64,000 nucleotides of DNA, from positions 32,001 to 96,000 of the forward strand of contig CBDDEL010000010.1 in NCBI GenBank assembly GCA_965226885.1, written 5' to 3'. Below, piece by piece: positions 52,429-61,682 of this stretch (position 1 is the first letter of the stretch; the number at the start of each line of letters is the position of its first letter). The position numbers and the translations under genes were made by a program. A model generated the notes under the pieces. That model was not told where the DNA came from, ran no database searches, and saw nothing but the letters and a program-made list of their open reading frames with translations. Source of the DNA: Opitutales bacterium (GTDB lineage Bacteria; Verrucomicrobiota; Verrucomicrobiia; Opitutales; UBA2987).

Positions 52429-52710
52429 CTAAGCTGCCCGCCACATATTTCTACCTAATGTATCTCCTGATTGTTACCCCATTCTCTCTTTCGAGAGAAA
52501 ATCCAAAATTATTCTGTTCTCTTATAGTAAATAGATACTTCAAATACTCAATTGTTCAATGAATTTCAAAGAATATGCTAAATTTGAATATTAATTTACA
52601 AGTGGCATAAGCTATTCTTATTTATGAAACCTTCACGTTGGATTGGTTCAGGGCGGTTGAAATTGATGAACGACATAATCGAAATGGGAGGATTTAAGAA
52701 AAAGGTGCAC

Positions 52711-52746
52711 AAAAAGCGGGCAGCTTACCCCTAAGCTGCCCGCCAC
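52711..52746 (-). terminator. GC-rich hairpin with U-tract, paralogous to the hairpin split by IS1380
   Basis: Minus strand reads GCGGGCAGCTTA-GGGG-TAAGCTGCCCGC-TTTTT. Confidence 0.7.
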
Positions 52747-52771
52747 CACTCTTTAACTATACTGCTAACTA

Positions 52772-54601
52772 GAGGCTGTCCCAAAAGGGTGATTTTTGCG
52801 AGGGCTTTTGATAGGCGCTCATTTTAGAGGTATTTGCATTTGGGAGAGTATCAACTTTGCTCTCCTATGACGTTAGGATACTGGTTTTGGGGTCCGGTTG
52901 CCTGGTTTTCTTTGTATGAGCCGACAGTAAGGCTGTGAAAAAGTATTGTCCTTGCTTTTCCGCTCTCTAGGCCGCCGCTTTGGTTTTTAGTTCGTCTTGC
53001 TGGGCCAGCATCTTGGCTACTTTCCATAGGTTGTGCGAGAGTACCGACGGTTGTGCGAGAGTACCGACCAGGCTACGCTGATCGAGCGGTTGGCAAAGCC
53101 TTTGCTGCGCAACCGCCCGGCCTGCCAGCGATTCTTCAATACCCCGATCCGCCCTTCGGTGCTGGCCCGGCGCTTTTGCAATTGTCTGAACAGTGGTTCC
53201 TCCATCCGTTTTTTCAACTGCTTCGGATCGCGTGGACAGAGCGCGTCGTAGATTCCCTCCTGGGCTAACTGCCGGCGGGCCCGCTGGGAGGCAAATCCCC
53301 GGTCCGCGCACATGGCCGCTATGGGTTCTTCCAGGTTGAAGCGGTTCTGTCTTTGCAAACTCTCTTGCATTTGTTCATTTTCGCTTGGAGTTCGGCTGCC
53401 GTAGAGTTTCCAGTCCAGCAGGTACCCTTCAACGCTTTCTCCCAAAAACAGGGTGTTGCCGAACTCGACCTCTTGGCCCGCTTTACCTCGCACAATCACC
53501 TGCCCATCGAGTTCGTAAACACTCAAGACTTTCTCTGCGTTTTTCACCTGGCGGCCGCCAATGATCCGCTCGTGCGCCTGTTTGATGACCACCGGGATTT
53601 GCTCGCTCATGCGCTCCATCCGGGCGAGGATCTGTTGGACCTGTTTTTCGCTGTAATCGCTTTGCTCCCAGCAGGCTTGCAATAATTCCCGGTGACTGCG
53701 GGCATGCTCCCCGATCCGTTTGAGCAGCTTTTTCATCTGCCTCAAGATACCCTTGCGCTGCCGCGCGCTGTCCTTTCGCCGCCGGCTGTGGGTCATCTGC
53801 CGAGCCAAGGGCTCCGGTTCGATCGGCATGCGATGGCGCACACCGGCCTTCTCGCGGATCAGCCGGATCGCTTTGAGCAACGTGCCGGCTACATCCTTGA
53901 GTAATACCCAGTCCGTCGGCCAATGAATGTTAGCCTCCAAACAGGTGCCGTCGATCAGGCAAATGGTGGGGTCAATCGGCTTGTCCAATCCCACCTGCCG
54001 GGCCAGAAGGGCATCGGCCACCACCTCAGTCAAGGTCCGGTGCAAGGCCCTCAACTGCTCTTCGCTGAAAAACTTCGAGGCCCGCTCCAGGGTGCTTTTG
54101 GAGATGCCCCTGATGCCATCGATCTGCCGGACACGGCAAAAGTCGGCCAACAGATCGCTGCTGCCCAGAGCCCGCGACAAATGCCGAAACGAAATCCCTC
54201 CGAGCAGACGGCCCAGCGTATCCATGCGCAGTGCCTTGATGGCAAAACTGGCCCGCTGCCGCCGGGCCTTTAGACCCATTGGCGGCCACCCCTCCAAGGC
54301 CAGCTCAATGGCCTGCGATTCCACCTCCGAGTCGATCAGCAGCCGATCGATTCGATCAATGGTGGCGCGGAAGTTATCGTCATCGAGGCACCGGTCGACC
54401 ACAGTTAAAGCTGGACGCAGGAGGCATTGGATGGCTATATTTTTCATAGAAAGGGCTACATAGAAAGGGCTATATTGATTTTCGCTAACTCAATTATAGA
54501 ACCCTTTTTTGGCCGGATCGAGCAAAAACTTGCTCTTTCCGGCTCTTTTTATCAACGTCATCCAGTTGACTATAAAATCTTTATATTTTTGGGACAGCCT
54601 C
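52772..54601 (-). mobile_element. IS5/ISNCY-like DDE element; transposase 52967-54447 frameshifted near its 3' end
   Basis: TIRs GAGGCTGTCCCAAAA/TTTTGGGACAGCCTC, TA on both sides. Motifs IDGT..ANIHWPTD, EFG, ADRGF, R..TEGRIG. 20-bp duplication at 53029-53068. Confidence 0.85.
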
Positions 54602-55154
54602 TACGATAGGGGACGCCGCCGGAGTCCAAAACATACCGGTGAACGCGATTTTTTCGCGTTATGGCGACCAATAAATCTTTTCCATTGGCTGAAATTACCA
54701 ACCCGTTGGGATAAGCCAGGCCCTCGGCCAGCAGGCTTGTTTCTCCCGCTGCCGATACCCGGTAAACTTTGCCGATCGGGTTCTCCGCATTGGAGCCGTG
54801 GGGGTCGGTGAAATAGAGGTTCCCGTCGTAATCAAAGATAAGATCGTTAGGCCCGTTAAATGCCTTTCCCTTGTAATTATCGACGATGGTGCGGATATGT
54901 CCCTCTGGAGAAATCGCGATGATGCCCTTTTCCCGATCGGCCACAGCCACATAGAGATCACCATTGGTATGAAACCTCGCTCCGTTAGGCACTCCGCCGG
55001 TGTTGACGAAGGTTTCGACTTCTCCGTCCGGTGAAATCCTTGAAATGTCCGCGGTGTCAATGTTTACCGCAAAGAGGTTTCCCCAACGATCGAAAGCAGG
55101 CCCTTCCGGAAATTTCAGTCCCGCGGCAAATAACGTTACTTTTCGCTTCTGCAT
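54602..55154 (-). pseudogene. SMP-30/gluconolactonase family protein, 3' truncated at the IS
   Basis: FPEGP, PNG, NGPNDL, YFTDP, YPNGL. The final residues (GCPKNIKIL) come from the IS end, and the later blades are absent. Confidence 0.85.
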
Positions 55155-55182
55155 TGCAAATCCTCAAATTTACCCAAAATGT

Positions 55183-57420
55183 TCAAAACCTGAAGGTCCA
55201 GGCCAGTTTTGTGCTGAATTCGGTTTCGGTGGGATGCCAGCGATTGTCGGAGGTGTCAACGCCTTGGTTGAAGACAATAAAGAGGTCTTGGCCCGGATTG
55301 ATGGTCCAGCGGATGCGGCTATTGAGGCCGAATTCGTTGGAGTCGTTATCCCATTGGTTGGTAATATTCCAGACCAGGTTGGGGGAGAACTGGATATTGA
55401 AATCGACCTGGACCACCCGAATGGTAAATTCGTCCTGAGGAAGGCTGATGGTATTGATTTCGTATTGCGCGTTGAAGTTGAAATGGGGGGAAGGGCGCCA
55501 CCCCACATTGGCGACGATTTCGGTGCGTTTCCCATTGAAAAAATCGCCCAGCTCGACGGCTACGATGCCGCCCAATTTGCGTGACTCGGAAAAGACGACT
55601 TCGGCCCGGAACCGGTTGAAATGATAATTACCGGCGGGAATGAAGATACCATCGATAATTTCAAAGGGTTCGAATAGTTGTTCCTGGTAAAAGATGGGCA
55701 CGACGAATGCCTCATCCTGGTTCATTGTTTCAAACCCGAATTGAGGAATCCAGATTTCACGATCAAGCACGGAGCCGTCCAATCGCGTGCGAATGCGTAC
55801 GAATGCATCAAAATAAAATTCTTCCAGTTTTTGCGGATGCCAGGTGCGCCGGAGCCAGGTGAGGTATTGGCGTGTGCCGGTTTCGCTGACAAATCCCAAT
55901 GCGGGATTGAAGTTTTCTCCGATTTGAGTGAATTCGACTCCCATATTCCATTTGTCGTTAGGATACGCGAATTCCCCGCCGAAGGCATAGTCGTCACCGG
56001 AAAGTCCGGTGGAATCGGATTGCATTACATAGAAATTGCTTTCGACGATTTGTCCCGAGCCTTTGAAATCGGAATTGCGGTAATTGAAATCGAAGCCATA
56101 GAGCAAGTTTTCGTTATTGGTTGTCGGATCGCCATGGGTGGCAATGAATCCCATATAAGATTCCCCAAATAGGTTGACGGTGGCTCGGGCCACGGAGAGG
56201 TTTTTTGATTCGAGGTTTTTGAACTTATCGACCCGGACGCTGAGAAGCCCGAAATTTACGCGACCGGCCCGCCCGGTAACTTTGACTCCGCCAATGATGT
56301 CCACCTCTTCGCGGTCTTCGTTGAGCCCGATGCGGCGGGAGAAAAAGGGCAAGGGGGAGCGATTGATGTCGGCAAATTGAAAAATGGTCGCATCCTGCAA
56401 AAAGAAAGCGCGTTTCTCATCGAAGAAAAGTGGAAAACGAGTGAGGTTGATTTGCCGGTTATCGACTTCGGCTTCAGCAAAGTCGGTGTTCAGAGTAAAG
56501 GCGGCCGTGATGGCGGGTGTGATCTTGTAAAAAAAATCGAAACCCGGTTCCAGATCAAATTTGCTTTTGCCACCCACCCTGTCGCGTTTGTAGCGGAAAT
56601 TGGCAAAAGGAATGAAATCGATGCCTTTGCCTTGTTTCAGCCCGTGGAGATTTTGGAGAATCCCGGCATCGTTCATGGTGGTCACCCTTTTATTTCTGGA
56701 GGGTGCTGCCCAGCGAAGCTTCTCGTTCTTGCGCTGGATATCGCGCTCCACATTGAAACCCCAGGTATCGTTGGCTGGATTGAAATTAAGGGTTTTGACC
56801 GGTATGGCGATTTCCGCCGTCCAACCTTCCTCATCAATTCTCGATTTGCCGTACCAAATACCGTCCCATTCGGCCTCATACCCGCCTCTGCCCGCATTGG
56901 GGTCCACCAGGCCGTCTCGTCTCGCGCCGCGCGGATTAATGGCGAAATAATAACCGTTGCGGTGACTGAGAAACGTATCGAAGGTGAGCCTGATGCGATC
57001 CTCCGAACGGAGGGTGATATCCCTTTGCATCAAGCGGGCGATAATCTTATCGGGCTCCGAATCGAAGGCGCGCACCCCGATGTAGATGAAGTTTGCGTCA
57101 TAGAGGAAGCGAATTTCGGTTTTTTCCGAAGGGGCATGGCCTTCATTGGGTCTGACTTGGGTAAAATTGGAAATGGCCGGCGCCGTTAACCAGGAGGGAT
57201 CATTGAGTATACCATCAATCTGCGGCGGCAAATCCGTTCGCACGAGTGAAACGATTCTGCGGGTTCCCATCTCGTCCACGCCGTTAATGAAGCCGGTATC
57301 AGCCGACTGCGCCCAACTGCAGGCAGGGGTTGTAAAAAATAAGACCGAGGCAACGAAAATACCGTCGTATATTCTCCTGTACATTGACCGCGGATGAAAT
57401 GCAGAGTTTTGGACTATCAC
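55183..57420 (-). CDS. CBM9-like domain plus outer-membrane beta-barrel (DUF5916-like)
   Basis: PQIDG.L.D..W, GWTAEIAIP, NTDFAEAEVD, RFPLFFDEKR.FF, FFSRRIG. Ends in aromatic TFRF. Confidence 0.82.
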   Translation of the reverse strand: MIVQNSAFHPRSMYRRIYDGIFVASVLFFTTPACSWAQSADTGFINGVDEMGTRRIVSLVRTDLPPQIDGILNDPSWLTAPAISNFTQVRPNEGHAPSEKTEIRFLYDANFIYIGVRAFDSEPDKIIARLMQRDITLRSEDRIRLTFDTFLSHRNGYYFAINPRGARRDGLVDPNAGRGGYEAEWDGIWYGKSRIDEEGWTAEIAIPVKTLNFNPANDTWGFNVERDIQRKNEKLRWAAPSRNKRVTTMNDAGILQNLHGLKQGKGIDFIPFANFRYKRDRVGGKSKFDLEPGFDFFYKITPAITAAFTLNTDFAEAEVDNRQINLTRFPLFFDEKRAFFLQDATIFQFADINRSPLPFFSRRIGLNEDREEVDIIGGVKVTGRAGRVNFGLLSVRVDKFKNLESKNLSVARATVNLFGESYMGFIATHGDPTTNNENLLYGFDFNYRNSDFKGSGQIVESNFYVMQSDSTGLSGDDYAFGGEFAYPNDKWNMGVEFTQIGENFNPALGFVSETGTRQYLTWLRRTWHPQKLEEFYFDAFVRIRTRLDGSVLDREIWIPQFGFETMNQDEAFVVPIFYQEQLFEPFEIIDGIFIPAGNYHFNRFRAEVVFSESRKLGGIVAVELGDFFNGKRTEIVANVGWRPSPHFNFNAQYEINTISLPQDEFTIRVVQVDFNIQFSPNLVWNITNQWDNDSNEFGLNSRIRWTINPGQDLFIVFNQGVDTSDNRWHPTETEFSTKLAWTFRF

Positions 57421-57457
57421 AACAGTCAGGGGTTAATAGGGGCCATCGCGGAAGGCT

Positions 57458-57610
57458 CTAAACTAAAGGGAAGCAGGCCTTAAGTCGGCTGTCCATATAA
57501 CTGGCATTGCGTGGCCGGATATCGAAAAGTTCAATGACGTTGCAAATCGTTGGAGTATCGAATTTTAGTAGTTGCTCAATGTATTCGGCAGATAATCCTC
57601 TGGCGGTCAT
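57458..57610 (-). pseudogene. N-terminal remnant of an RraA/HMG-aldolase family gene
   Basis: LLKFDTPTICNVIELFDIRPR...ACFP, then a stop. Confidence 0.6.
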
Positions 57611-57997
57611 ATTTGATATTTGGTTTGATTCTGGGAAAGAGAGGGTTGATTGGAACTCATTTTCCACCACTTGCCAAACTCTTTGCATGAGTGATCCAGG
57701 TTTTCAGGGATTACGGTTCCCTCCAATAAGAACCACTTTTTAGCGGAAAAGATAGGCTTTTCCGGGTTTCACAGTGCAAGGCCCCATGATTAGCAAGCGG
57801 CGGTGAATACAATGACCCCAATAGCTAGACGCTAGACCTTAAGAAAATTTTCATTTTTCCCTTGGCAAGAGTAAAAAAAAAATTACTTTTGAAAGCCTAA
57901 GCTAACAGCTATCAATTCCTGATTGCTATGAAAATACCCTAAATCGAGCGCATGTCCTGGCTCAGGGCTGCGAGCGAAACCGGGTAGTGTATTACCG

Positions 57998-58799
57998 GGT
58001 AGTGTATTAAGTAGGAATGGTGGCTAATTCTTGATTATATTCATGAATGAAAAGTCTCAGACAGGTTTCATGCATACTCTTAAGCTTGGAAAAGGAGAGG
58101 GTTTTGCGTGTGAAACGACCCAGTCGTTGGCGCAGGGTATTGTTCCATCGTTCCACATGGGCCGTTTCACCGGTTTCTTTTCCCACGGATCGGTTATGAG
58201 GAAAGACTTCATCATAAGTGCTCCAAAAGTCGCTGTAGGTGGCACATCTTTTGTAGGCCCGTGGCAGACGCTCGTAAAGTTCCCGGCAACGATACCAATC
58301 CCGAGGCCCAATGGCATAGGAGAGGATTTGACGGGTGCGTCGGCAAAGAGCGATCCAAACCCATTGGGCATCGCTCTTGCGCCCCACAAAAGACCACAGT
58401 TCGTCCAGTTCAATGACATCATGGCGGCGGGCCGCAAGAATCGTGCTTTTGAGCGGTCGCAGCGATTGTCGTTTTTTTTAACCAACTCAAAACGGTGTTG
58501 GGACTCACCCCGAAGGCGCGCTGTAAACCGCGTAGACTGCTGCGTTCCTGATAGACTCGAAGGATCATTTCTTTTTGCTCTTCGGTGTATTTCACTGTGG
58601 GGTTTTCGCGGCTTTGTTTACCACAATCATGGCAGCGGTAGCGCTGTTTATGGTTGGGCGTCTTGCCAAATTTAATGATATTTTCACTTCCACAGTGCTG
58701 ACAATTAATAATTTTAGTAACCATGCACTAAGAATAAACTGCCTAACGCTATTTGTACAGCTAAAAATACAAAATAACATTCTTTTTTTATACACTACC
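57998..58799 (-). mobile_element. IS1-family element, copy 2 (802 bp)
   Basis: Near-identical to 19427-20228 with a few substitutions. Flanks CGAAACCG/CGAAGCCG look like an 8-bp TSD with one mismatch. A 15-bp duplication covers the left junction. Confidence 0.93.
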
Positions 58800-59070
58800 C
58801 GAAGCCGCAGCACCCAGGCTAAATAGCGTGTACCATATACCTTTTTTAGCTATATACCCCAGCCCCATAAATCTCGCAATCTTAATACGGGAAAAAGGTG
58901 ATTTTTCAAAATTATACGGGAACGCCTTCACCAAAATCTCTGAAAATAAATTTTTTACAAAAAATAACTGCCAGCCTGTTCGCTCCCGAGGCAAAACATC
59001 CATGCAATTGTAACTGAAAAATTACAAAACAACCAACCAAACTCATCTAAACTGCATTCATCATTCATAT

Positions 59071-61614
59071 ATGAAAAAAGACATCCAATCAAATACCTAC
59101 CTCAAGGTTATCCTTGTGATTTCCTTGTCGTTGTTGCTCGGCATCAGCAACAATTTTGCCCAATCCGATGAAGAGCTGACAGAACTGGAGGAATTCATCG
59201 CCGAAGAATCCGGAGTGGAAGATTCCGGAACCATGGATCCAACCTCAAGGCCGGTGGATTCGGTTTACGGCAGCATGAACGTGCTGGACATTCCCCGCTC
59301 CGTCACTGTTCTCACCCCCGAAATGATGAAACAGTTTAACATCACGGACTACCACGACCTCGACAAGATCGGGGCCGGCATGCAGCGGGTGAACTACTAT
59401 GGTCTACCCGGGACCCCCTCTATGAGGGGCGACCTGGCGGGCACTTTTTTCAACGGAATGCTGCGCGCTTATAACCGCAACGACATGCCGGTTTCCTTTG
59501 GTTCCATGGAAGCCCTTGATGTGGTGAAAGGCCCCGCGCCTGCCCATTTCAGCCCTACCCAGGCTGGAGGCTATGTCAACCAAGTGCCCAAATCCCCTTA
59601 TTTTGACAAGTTTCGGGGGAGCGTGAAAATAACTGTGGGACTCTACGACCACTACAATTTTCAAACCGATATCGGCGGCCCCATTTTGTTCGGCAACAAG
59701 CCGGCTGCCTATCGCATTTCCGTAACGGCACAGCAAAGTGCCAGTTATTACGATGACCTGAACAACGATTATATCTCCATTTATGCATCCATGAAAATGA
59801 AGCTCAAAGAGGGTGTAAAAGTCTTCTTCGGCGGCGAATATTTCAACTTCAAAAGCAACGAAAATCCGGGCTGGAACCGCATTACCCAGGACCTCATCAA
59901 CGGCGGTAATTACATTATTGGCGAACCGGCCGACCAGACCAGCCCTCTTTGGGACAACACCTTCCCGAAGACTGATACCGCCTTCATCCCGATAGGTTTC
60001 GATGTTACCGATCACTCTAATTCGCTGACCATTTTCGGCGCAAATCCGGCCTTGGTGGTTCCCAGGAGTATTGTGGAGGGATCCGGCCAAAGCGCTGGTG
60101 CCCTTGCCTTGATGGATGATCTGGGCGACGAAGGATACCGCTATACCCAGGAATACCTCAATGCGGGCGGAATCGTCTTTACTGAAAAAATCGATGGATC
60201 AACCGTTCTAACCGACCCGAGCGACGTGGCCGATTCAGAGGATCTTCTCATCTTTTTCGACTATGAAAACACCAACAACCCAAACTTTATCATCAAAAAC
60301 AAGTTTCTTCTCGAATACCTAAAGACCTTCAAGATTTCCAGCTACGGTTATGCCTTCTCGATCGATCAATTGGTCATTGAGGATAAAGTAACCTTGGATT
60401 TTAACTTGGGGGATAACAATGATATTGTTTTTGGAGCTTCCGTAAGGTACCTTAAAGCCCAGCAACTGCAGGATTTCGATGCCGAGCCGTTTGCCCGGCG
60501 CGATATCACCAGAGAAAACATCTCTTCCAATTCAGTCCTCCGTATTGGCCCTCAGCGCGTTCCCTTGACCGGGGACAGCAGAAATCTATGGGCCACCAAT
60601 CTATCCGCCAACTCCGACTCTAAAATGGTCCAGGCCGGTGTGTTTGGTTTCTCCACTAGCAAAATTGGAGACAACGTAATCTGGATCAATTCTTTTCGGG
60701 GTGAGTTTGCCAGTTGGGAAGCCGGCGTACCCGACGAGGTCGAGAGAAGCCCGGATGCGGGCGTCACCCTCAATGACGACAGCACCTTTTACTGGATGGC
60801 CAGCACCAGCCCGGTATTCCACGTCGCCAAGGGAGTCAGCCTCTACGCATCTGCCCAATTGGGCACGGCCTTCAACTCCACTCAGGGCGGGGCCGTTACG
60901 GCAGCTATCAGCGCCACCGACGGCGTCTTTAATAACGACCAAAATTTCGCCGAATCGGAACTTTATGAAGCCGGAGTAAAAATACAGGGACTGAATAAAA
61001 CTTTATTTATGACTTTTGCCAGTTATCACTGGGATAAAACACGCATCGATTCAATCTCTGGAGAGGCCGCCAAGATTCGCTCCAAAGGGTTCGAGGCGGA
61101 GATGACCTGGTCTCCCAACGAGGTCTTCACCCTGATCGCCTCGGCAACCGCCTCGCGGACCCATCGCAGGGAACCGGCCGGTTTCCGCTTTGCGGATACC
61201 GACGACGGCTTCTGGCTGCCCCTCGTCGCGGGCGGTCTCTTCGTCCACTTCGGCGGCGAAGGCGCCAATGGAAGACCGGCCAATAATCCGAATCTGATTC
61301 TCAACGGCTTTCCCGAAGTATCGGCCAACATTTACGGCAGCTTCAGGTTCGAGAACGGATGGGGTTTTGGCGTCGGAGCGCGCTGGCGTGATTCCTATTA
61401 CCACAATTTCGACCGTAATCTGGTCCTGCCCTCTACTGTTACCATGAGAGCAAATATTTCCTATTCCCGCGAAAAATGGGATGTTTTAGTAACGATTGAA
61501 AACTTCACCAATGAAGATTTATTCTATGGCGCGGATCCGATTTTCGGAGCTAACTCATTACTCCTCAAAGCCCCGGAAGCGACTGGCAGGATTACCTTTA
61601 CCTATAAGTTTTAA
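59071..61614 (+). CDS. TonB-dependent receptor
   Basis: Signal peptide, plug DIPRSVTV..LDVVKGP, amphipathic strands, IENFTNE, terminal TYKF. Confidence 0.9.
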   Translation: MKKDIQSNTYLKVILVISLSLLLGISNNFAQSDEELTELEEFIAEESGVEDSGTMDPTSRPVDSVYGSMNVLDIPRSVTVLTPEMMKQFNITDYHDLDKIGAGMQRVNYYGLPGTPSMRGDLAGTFFNGMLRAYNRNDMPVSFGSMEALDVVKGPAPAHFSPTQAGGYVNQVPKSPYFDKFRGSVKITVGLYDHYNFQTDIGGPILFGNKPAAYRISVTAQQSASYYDDLNNDYISIYASMKMKLKEGVKVFFGGEYFNFKSNENPGWNRITQDLINGGNYIIGEPADQTSPLWDNTFPKTDTAFIPIGFDVTDHSNSLTIFGANPALVVPRSIVEGSGQSAGALALMDDLGDEGYRYTQEYLNAGGIVFTEKIDGSTVLTDPSDVADSEDLLIFFDYENTNNPNFIIKNKFLLEYLKTFKISSYGYAFSIDQLVIEDKVTLDFNLGDNNDIVFGASVRYLKAQQLQDFDAEPFARRDITRENISSNSVLRIGPQRVPLTGDSRNLWATNLSANSDSKMVQAGVFGFSTSKIGDNVIWINSFRGEFASWEAGVPDEVERSPDAGVTLNDDSTFYWMASTSPVFHVAKGVSLYASAQLGTAFNSTQGGAVTAAISATDGVFNNDQNFAESELYEAGVKIQGLNKTLFMTFASYHWDKTRIDSISGEAAKIRSKGFEAEMTWSPNEVFTLIASATASRTHRREPAGFRFADTDDGFWLPLVAGGLFVHFGGEGANGRPANNPNLILNGFPEVSANIYGSFRFENGWGFGVGARWRDSYYHNFDRNLVLPSTVTMRANISYSREKWDVLVTIENFTNEDLFYGADPIFGANSLLLKAPEATGRITFTYKF

Positions 61615-61631
61615 ACTAAAAAATATTCACT

Positions 61632-61662
61632 AAAACAGGCGGGCGCCATGCCCGCCTGTTTT
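61632..61662 (+). terminator. Rho-independent terminator, potentially bidirectional
   Basis: AAAACAGGCGGGC-GCCAT-GCCCGCCTGTTTT directly after the receptor stop. Confidence 0.85.
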
Positions 61663-61682
61663 ATTTCCAGTCCAGTGTTGTC

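Noticed and set aside
57950..58825. SAH or SAM-II riboswitch
   Set aside because: It shares only short words (GCTGCGA, CCAGGCT, GCTAAA). The required pairing elements are not evident.
58828..59013. Small ORF upstream of the TonB receptor
   Set aside because: AT-rich, promoter-like sequence with no convincing RBS or motif.
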